A DNA stretch of 64,000 bases from a virus, in the IMG/VR virus record IMGVR_UViG_3300018422_000002, positions 1 to 64,000 of that record; one strand, written 5' to 3'. This document shows, one piece after another, positions 58,208 through 64,000 of the stretch. Below the pieces are notes generated by a model. The model worked only from the letters and a program-made list of their open reading frames with translations. It did not search any database and had not been told where the DNA came from. A program made the translations under genes and the position numbers. Positions within the stretch are counted from its first letter, which is position 1. Each line of letters opens with the position of its first letter.

Positions 58208-58773
58208 ACGATCGACTGACGTTAGCCTCACGTCACGACGAGGTGTACGACTGGGCGGGACTACACGTTCGTGACCTGGTACGTGCGCGGCACGGTACCA
58301 CGGCAACCGTCCTCGACGTCGGCGCGGGACGCGGTAAGTACCGACTGCTGCTTCACGACTACCCAGACGTCGACGCCTGCGAGGTCTGGGCGCCGACCGT
58401 CGACGCCGAGAACCTACGGTCGCTCTACCGGTTCGTTCACGTCTGCGACGTCTACGACCTGGTGACGTCGTCGAACTGGAACGACGTGTGGTACAGCGTG
58501 GTGATCATGGGCGACGTGTTAGAGCACATGACGGTCGAGCGCGCGACGGCGGCACTTGAACGGCTCGGCGAGCGTAGCACGACCGTGATCGTCGTCGTAC
58601 CGTACCTCTACCCGCAGGACGAGGAGGACGGTAACGTCTACCAACGTCACATTCAGGACGACCTGACGCCGGAGCAGATGACCGTCCGCTACCCGACGCT
58701 GCGGCTGATCGCGGTAGAGACGCGAGGTCACCGTCCGTTTAAGGGCGTCTACGTGAGGAGTGGTAGTGAGTAA
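58204..58773 (+). CDS. class I SAM-dependent methyltransferase
   Basis: VLDVGAGRGKY motif I and VIMGDVLEHM. Confidence 0.75.
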   Translation: MNDRLTLASRHDEVYDWAGLHVRDLVRARHGTTATVLDVGAGRGKYRLLLHDYPDVDACEVWAPTVDAENLRSLYRFVHVCDVYDLVTSSNWNDVWYSVVIMGDVLEHMTVERATAALERLGERSTTVIVVVPYLYPQDEEDGNVYQRHIQDDLTPEQMTVRYPTLRLIAVETRGHRPFKGVYVRSGSE

Positions 58774-59977
58774 GGTCGGCTGGATCGGGCTCGGTAAGCT
58801 TGGTGGTCCGTGTGCCGCCGCGCTGGCGCACCACGGATCGCACAAGGTCTGGGGCTACGACGTCCGTGGTACGGACGCGGCGGACTACGACTTTGCCGGG
58901 CTGCCACCGGTCGAGTTGACCGAGACGATCGACGACGTGGTTCGAAACACCGGTGGCGTGATCTACGTCGCCGTCCAGACACCACACTCGTCGACGTACG
59001 GCGGCGAGGTCCCGGTGCCCGCCGAACCGCGTGAGTTCGAGTACGCGTACCTGGTCAACGCCGTGCGTGCCGTCGTCCAGGCGGCGGATCGACAGCGCAA
59101 GGACGTCACGCTCGTCGTGGTCTCGACCGTGCTACCCGGCACGTTCGATCGCCTGCTGCGCCCGCTGGTCGGACCGAGCGAGTACGTGATGGCCGTCTAC
59201 CACCCGTTCTTCATCGCCATGGGAACGGTCGTCCAGGACTTCATCCGACCGGAGATGACCCTGTTCGGCGCCGACGATCCGACCGACGTCGACGACGTGC
59301 GTGAACTCTACCGGCCGATCCACGAGGCGCCGGCACCGATCATGTCCGTCGCGTCCGCCGAGCTGACGAAGGTCGCCTACAACACGTTCATCAGCATGAA
59401 GATCGTGTACGCGAACCTGCTCGCCGAGATGTGCGACGCCACGGGTGCCGACGTCGACGAGGTCACCGACGCGCTGGCGCAGGCGACCGACCGGATCATC
59501 TCGTCACGCTACCTCCGCGCCGGCATGGGGGACGGTGGCGCGTGTCACCCACGTGATAACGTGGCGCTCTCGGCGCTCGCCCAGCGACACGGACTGTCGT
59601 CCGACCTGATGGGCTTCCTCAACGGCGCACGCGACCGCCAGGCCTACCGGTTCGCCGACCTGATCGAGCACTGGCACCGGCTGACCGGCCTGCCCGTGGT
59701 GCTGCTCGGCCGGTCGTACAAGCCCAACGTCAACCTCACGGACGGCTCGCCGGCCCTGCTGCTGGCGCACGCGCTGGTCGACCTGAACATCGCGTTCAGT
59801 CACTACGACCGCGTACCCATCGTCGATCGACCGGCTGTGTTCTTCGTCGCGACCGCGCACGACGAGTGCGCTAGGTTTCCGTACCCACCGGGCAGCGTCG
59901 TGATCGATCCGTTCGGGATCGTCCCAGCGAGCGTCGACACGTCCTACACGTTGGTCACACCGGGGAGAAGGCGGTGA
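58766..59977 (+). CDS. nucleotide-sugar (UDP-glucose/GDP-mannose type) 6-dehydrogenase
   Basis: VGWIGLGKLGG, ELTKVAYNTFISMKIVYANLLAEMCD, and GGACHPRDN. GTG 58766 lies 5 nt after GAGGAG. Confidence 0.85.
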   Translation: MSKVGWIGLGKLGGPCAAALAHHGSHKVWGYDVRGTDAADYDFAGLPPVELTETIDDVVRNTGGVIYVAVQTPHSSTYGGEVPVPAEPREFEYAYLVNAVRAVVQAADRQRKDVTLVVVSTVLPGTFDRLLRPLVGPSEYVMAVYHPFFIAMGTVVQDFIRPEMTLFGADDPTDVDDVRELYRPIHEAPAPIMSVASAELTKVAYNTFISMKIVYANLLAEMCDATGADVDEVTDALAQATDRIISSRYLRAGMGDGGACHPRDNVALSALAQRHGLSSDLMGFLNGARDRQAYRFADLIEHWHRLTGLPVVLLGRSYKPNVNLTDGSPALLLAHALVDLNIAFSHYDRVPIVDRPAVFFVATAHDECARFPYPPGSVVIDPFGIVPASVDTSYTLVTPGRRR

Positions 59978-60609
59978 GCGACGTCACGGTCTGCGTGCCG
60001 ACCATTCCCGCGCGCGAGGACCTACTTCGTCGCGCACGAACGTCGGTCCAGCAGCAGACGTACGCGTGCGACCTGTCCGTCTACCTCGACGAGAGCGGCG
60101 ACGGCGCGGCGACCACGCGCAACCACGCGTGGCAGCAGGCCGAGACCGACTGGGTGGCGTTCCTGGACGACGACGACGTCCTACGACCGGACCACGTCGA
60201 GCTCTGCCGGCAACGTGCGCTGGACACCGGTGCGGACCTGGTGTACCCGTGGTTCAACATCCACAACCACGGGGGTAACGACATCACGGCCAACGACCCC
60301 CTGCGCGTACCGGTCGACGGACACTACGTGTCACCCTACGGCGTGATGTTCAACGATGACCTACGACGCGAGCTCATGACCCGCAACAACTTCATTCCAG
60401 TGACCGTGCTGGTCCGACGTAGTCTGCTCGAGGACGTCGGTGGCTTTCCGATCCCCGGCACACCTGAGTGGGGGGACGACTGCTGCGAGGACTGGGGACT
60501 GTGGCGTCGCCTGCTGAACGTGGGGGCGCGGTTCGAGCACCTACCGCGTCGCACGTGGATCTGGACGTGGCACGGGGCCAACACGTCCGGTCGCTCCTGG
60601 AGGAGGTAA
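59974..60609 (+). CDS. glycosyltransferase family 2-like
   Basis: VTVCVPTIPAR...WVAFLDDDDVLRPDH. GTGA overlap. Confidence 0.75.
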   Translation: MSDVTVCVPTIPAREDLLRRARTSVQQQTYACDLSVYLDESGDGAATTRNHAWQQAETDWVAFLDDDDVLRPDHVELCRQRALDTGADLVYPWFNIHNHGGNDITANDPLRVPVDGHYVSPYGVMFNDDLRRELMTRNNFIPVTVLVRRSLLEDVGGFPIPGTPEWGDDCCEDWGLWRRLLNVGARFEHLPRRTWIWTWHGANTSGRSWRR

Positions 60610-60610
60610 C

Positions 60611-61711
60611 GTGAGGGTAGCGGTGTACCCGGCCGACCGCTGGGGATGTGGGCACTTGCGCATGATCTGGCCGGCGGAGGTACTTCGTCGGCAGGGCCAC
60701 GACGTCGACATCGTGACCGCGCAGAACCGACACCTTGAGATGGTCGTCGACAACCGCGACGACCGCGTGGTCGACGTCCGCGTACCCGACGGCGTCGACG
60801 TCGTCGTCTTACAGCGCGTTACGCACCGCTACCTGACGCAGGCCATCACGGTGATGCGTGAGAGGGGTGTCACGGTCGTCGTGGACGTCGACGACGACCT
60901 CAGCACGATCCACCCGGACAACCCCGCGTGGCAGCACCTTCATCCTAAGGCGGACGAACGTCGCCTAGGTAGGAACGTCGGCATGCACACGTGGACCCAC
61001 CTAGGCCAGGCGTGTCGCGCGGCGTCGCTGGTCACCGCGACGACCCCCGCGCTGGTCGAACGCTACGGACACGGGCACGGCGTCGTCCTACCGAACTACC
61101 TGGCGGATCACTACTTCGCCACGACACACGTCGACTCGGACGTCCTGGGTTGGCCCGCGTCGCTACGGTCGCACCCGAACGACCCGGCGGTCGTCGGCAA
61201 CGCCGTCGCACGACTGGTGGACGCCGGCTACGCGTTCCGGGTGCCCAGCGTCGCCGAGGACGTCGGTCGCGCGTTCGGGCTCGGCGGTGACGAGGCCGTC
61301 CAGCGCGTCGAGCATACGGTGCCGCTGTACGACTGGCCGGACGAGCTGGCACGACTGGGCGTCGGCATGGCGCCGCTGGCCGACACGAAGTTCAACGCGG
61401 CTAAGTCGTGGTTGAAACCACTCGAGCTATCGGCCGTCGGCGTGCCGTGGGTCGGTTCGCCGCGCGCCGACTACGTCCGTCTTTATCAGCTGGGCTGCGG
61501 CGTACTGGTTGATCGACCAAAGGACTGGTTTCGCGTGCTGAGATCGCTGCTGACGGACGAACGACGTCGGTCTGAACTGTCGGACGCCGGACGCGCGGTA
61601 GCCGCTACGTTGAGGATAGACGACCACGCCTGGAGGTGGGCCGAGGCGTGGTCGGACGCCCTCGCGCGCGATCGAGGACGGTCGCGCGCGACGACGGTCG
61701 TCGCTCAGTAG
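60611..61711 (+). CDS. glycosyltransferase (GT-B-like)
   Basis: 366 aa. GGAGGAGG upstream. Two Rossmann-like halves are suggested (weak call). Confidence 0.55.
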   Translation: MRVAVYPADRWGCGHLRMIWPAEVLRRQGHDVDIVTAQNRHLEMVVDNRDDRVVDVRVPDGVDVVVLQRVTHRYLTQAITVMRERGVTVVVDVDDDLSTIHPDNPAWQHLHPKADERRLGRNVGMHTWTHLGQACRAASLVTATTPALVERYGHGHGVVLPNYLADHYFATTHVDSDVLGWPASLRSHPNDPAVVGNAVARLVDAGYAFRVPSVAEDVGRAFGLGGDEAVQRVEHTVPLYDWPDELARLGVGMAPLADTKFNAAKSWLKPLELSAVGVPWVGSPRADYVRLYQLGCGVLVDRPKDWFRVLRSLLTDERRRSELSDAGRAVAATLRIDDHAWRWAEAWSDALARDRGRSRATTVVAQ

Positions 61712-61715
61712 ACGA

Positions 61716-61735
61716 CGCCGGCTAGGTAGCCGGCG
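61716..61735. terminator. convergent-junction hairpin
   Basis: CGCCGGCTA-gg-TAGCCGGCG. Lies 5 nt after the stop at 61711. Confidence 0.45.
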
Positions 61736-61883
61736 CACGAGACCAGTAGGACCAGTAGGGACAACGCGACCAGTAGGGCGCGCCAGTAGCGCAGCACAGC
61801 GTTCCTTTATCATCATCGTAGTTCCGGCGAACGACGCAACCGTATCGGAACGACGGTCGCGTCGTTCGCCGGTACAGAACACG

Positions 61884-62636
61884 CTACGACGTGATCTGAC
61901 GTCGTTCGGTAGTCGGCTGCGTATCGCCTACGTCGGCACGTCTACCGGCATCGTAGCCGGCATCGGCGGCCGATCGGACGCCCGGCTTCAGTCGCGTCTT
62001 GATGGTACGCAGCTGATAGTTGGCCTCCAGGTAGACGTCGACGTCGGCACGTCGGTGCGCCAGCGCCAGTGCGGTCGACTCGTCGATACCCAGTGCGACG
62101 CGACGTGCCTCCTCGATTCGGTTCTGCGCACCGATCACGAAGTTCATCAGGAACTGCCGCCGAGCCTTGTAGCCGGCCATGCCACGTAGGTGGGCACGTT
62201 CCTCGGAGTCGTTCCACCAGTCGCGCATCGCCGTCATGGCCTGCACGAGCAGCGACGTGATCAACATCTTCAGATAGCGCACCTCGCTCTTCGCGCCGAC
62301 CAGGACGACGTACTCGGTGGCGCCGTCCTTCACGGTGAACGATCGCCCGGACGTGTGATACACCGTCGCCAGCTGGTTGAACCGCACGGCGAGCGCGACC
62401 CGGTAGATGCCGGTGAGCTCCACCCACTCGGACTCGATCGGCTCGCGCTCGGCGAACGACCTCGTGATCGCCAGCTTAGCCGCGTCGATGCCGTACTTGA
62501 GGATGATTCGTTCGGCGTTGGCGAGGGTCGAGTCGGCCTCGCCGTCGTCACCGCGACTCCGCAGGTCCTTCGCGCGGTCGAGCAGCAGCTGGACGCGACG
62601 CTCCATGCCCTGTAGATCGTTCTCGGTCGTGGTCAT
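61884..62636 (-). CDS. DUF2786-like protein
   Basis: 250 aa. N-terminus RVQLLLDRAKDLRSRGDDGEADSTLANAERIILKYGID resembles DUF2786. Confidence 0.65.
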   Translation of the reverse strand: MTTTENDLQGMERRVQLLLDRAKDLRSRGDDGEADSTLANAERIILKYGIDAAKLAITRSFAEREPIESEWVELTGIYRVALAVRFNQLATVYHTSGRSFTVKDGATEYVVLVGAKSEVRYLKMLITSLLVQAMTAMRDWWNDSEERAHLRGMAGYKARRQFLMNFVIGAQNRIEEARRVALGIDESTALALAHRRADVDVYLEANYQLRTIKTRLKPGVRSAADAGYDAGRRADVGDTQPTTERRQITS

Positions 62637-63064
62637 ATCGCGTCCCCGTCCTTGTTCAGCGTGATGCCCATCGAGTGCGCGATCTCGATCGCACGTGTTG
62701 TCACCGTGTCCTGAAACTGCGACACGACGTCGGTCAGTTGCGTGACGTCCGCGCGTTGCCTGAGCTCCTCCAGTGCCGCCCGTCGTGCGTACCAGCGCAT
62801 GTTCAGAAACACGTTGTGCACGAAGTGCTCGACGTTGACGTCGATCCCATTGAGCTGGATCGTCATGACGACGTTCTTGAAGTCGTCGCTCGCCTCACCG
62901 ACGCGGTTCAGCACGTGATCCATGTCGGCGCGGGTCTGGTGGTCGTCGTCGTGCTCCGACAGCAGCGTCGGAACCATCCACTTAAGAAACTCGTCACCGT
63001 GGTAATCGCTGTGCTCGTCGAGCGCGTGCCAGTTGAACGTGTATCCCTGGTCCTGATCGGTCAT
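62633..63064 (-). CDS. acidic hypothetical protein
   Basis: 143 aa. GAGGA upstream. ATGA overlap with the downstream gene. Confidence 0.6.
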   Translation of the reverse strand: MTDQDQGYTFNWHALDEHSDYHGDEFLKWMVPTLLSEHDDDHQTRADMDHVLNRVGEASDDFKNVVMTIQLNGIDVNVEHFVHNVFLNMRWYARRAALEELRQRADVTQLTDVVSQFQDTVTTRAIEIAHSMGITLNKDGDAI

Positions 63065-63085
63065 CGTGATCCTCGATCTGTTGAA

Positions 63086-63463
63086 CTATAAGATGTCCCA
63101 GGAGAGTCCGCAGGCTAGGCAGATCTCCTTCTTCTGGGTGTTGTTCTTAACGACGTCGGTCGACTGACACCGCACACACTGCTTGCGGACGATCTTCTTG
63201 GTCAGCAGCTGACGCTCGTACCCTGTGGTACCGGCGAAGACGCCGAACTCCTCGTCGATGAACCGGTCGAGACACTGACCGGCGACCGGGCACCGACGAC
63301 AGATCTCCTTGACCTCCGGTGACGCGAGCGGTGGCTCCTCGCCGTCCGCACCTCCGGGAAAGAACAGGTCAGGGTCCGCGTCACGGCAGGCGGCGTCGGT
63401 GAACAGATCCTCCTCCGGCTCGTCGTTCGGTCGCCAGCGCGCACGTGGCAGGAACGTGGTCAC
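63086..63463 (-). CDS. whiB: WhiB-family protein with C-terminal CxxC..CxxC extension
   Basis: AACRDADPDLFFP...EICRRCPVAGQCL...GVFAGT (four-Cys WhiB pattern). Extension is CVRCQ...CLACG. Confidence 0.8.
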   Translation of the reverse strand: MTTFLPRARWRPNDEPEEDLFTDAACRDADPDLFFPGGADGEEPPLASPEVKEICRRCPVAGQCLDRFIDEEFGVFAGTTGYERQLLTKKIVRKQCVRCQSTDVVKNNTQKKEICLACGLSWDIL

Positions 63464-63480
63464 GGGCCTCTCTCCCTAGG

Positions 63481-63978
63481 TCAGAGCGGGGTGGCGCGGT
63501 ACATGTTGTTGTCGCCGTCACGGATGATGATCGTGTCACCGGCGGTTCCGACCTCCTCGAACAGTCGGACGTCGTCGGTCGACGGGTCGACCGACGCCGG
63601 TACCGTCTTTCGTGATTGACGTACCGGTGTCACCGGCGGTGTTGGTATCGATGACGGTGTCGCTACCGGTGATCTGTACGGATGCCAGTTAGGAGGCGGG
63701 TCGAACCGCCACATCTGCCCCTGGATCAACGTCACGACGTACGGCGTGAAGTTACCGTTACTCTTGATGTGCTTCATGTTGTTGACGCCGACCTTGATCT
63801 GATCGGGTCGTCGTCCCGTGTACGCGACCAGGTCATCGACCGTGACCGGTGTATGTGGTCGCTCGATCAGGTACTGTCGGATCAACGACACCAGAGGTTG
63901 AGATGGGTCGGCGGCACTCTCTCCGTTCGAGCTGACGAGCGGCTGACTCGGCGTGTAGCGCCACGCGTTGCCGCGCAT
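63481..63978 (-). CDS. hypothetical protein
   Basis: 165-aa ORF. SQPLVS occurs twice near the N-terminus. Confidence 0.6.
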   Translation of the reverse strand: MRGNAWRYTPSQPLVSSNGESAADPSQPLVSLIRQYLIERPHTPVTVDDLVAYTGRRPDQIKVGVNNMKHIKSNGNFTPYVVTLIQGQMWRFDPPPNWHPYRSPVATPSSIPTPPVTPVRQSRKTVPASVDPSTDDVRLFEEVGTAGDTIIIRDGDNNMYRATPL

Positions 63979-64000
63979 GACCGTCTCGATCTCCGCGCCG

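Noticed and set aside
61705-61882. A 30-aa hydrophobic minus ORF (about 61705-61797, VLRYWRALLVALSLLVLLVSCAGYLAGVVY) and the track ORF 61427-61882
   Set aside because: The short ORF overlaps the stop of the rightward gene and has only a weak RBS. The long ORF is antisense to the glycosyltransferase and is Arg-rich. Neither is supported well enough to list.

Overview
The window reads as most of a GC-rich, double-stranded DNA tailed phage or prophage of an actinobacterial host. Supporting signs are a WhiB gene, many GTG starts, a strong G/C bias at third codon positions, and near-universal 4-nt GTGA/ATGA stop-start overlaps. No homology search was possible. Product names therefore rest on motifs I recognise in the translated ORFs and on gene order. 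Most short genes stay hypothetical.

Layout:
- 1-7609: leftward block of small genes. It includes two LuxR/GerE-type HTH proteins, a five-gene tandem paralog array, a second paralog pair, a lipoprotein-like gene and a poly-Asp membrane protein.
- 7702-11787: rightward primase-polymerase/SF3 helicase gene. It is followed by a dense GGTTCCGGTA repeat array with A-rich tracts, which I read as a candidate replication origin, and then three small genes.
- 11835-18399: leftward block of very small genes. Many carry a shared C2HC zinc-finger module, and the block is punctuated by conserved intergenic motifs.
- 18398-18810: AT-richer regulatory hub.
- 19.2-31.6 kb: about 45 small rightward genes chained by overlapping stop/start codons. 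They include several paralog pairs, a cupin, and one oppositely oriented membrane coiled-coil gene.
- 31.6-32.7 kb: an unusually structured, mostly non-coding region just upstream of terL. It holds two covarying copies of a ~122-nt three-helix element.
- 32.7-54.7 kb: virion module with terminase large subunit, portal, protease fusion, capsid, connector proteins, chaperones with a -1 frame overlap, tape measure and minor tail proteins.
- 54.7-61.7 kb: nine rightward genes. Eight form a sugar-activation/glycosyltransferase/methyltransferase cassette, and a low-GC HNH-like gene interrupts it.
- 61.9-64.0 kb: leftward genes including a DUF2786-like protein and WhiB.

I could not recognise any tRNA, rRNA, CRISPR array, integrase, repressor, endolysin or canonical major tail protein.

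The best novelty candidates are:
- the covarying structured elements flanking the gene upstream of terL;
- the five-fold CCLGVLC paralog array;
- the 2H-phosphoesterase-like domain fused to the head protease;
- the extended glycosylation cassette.
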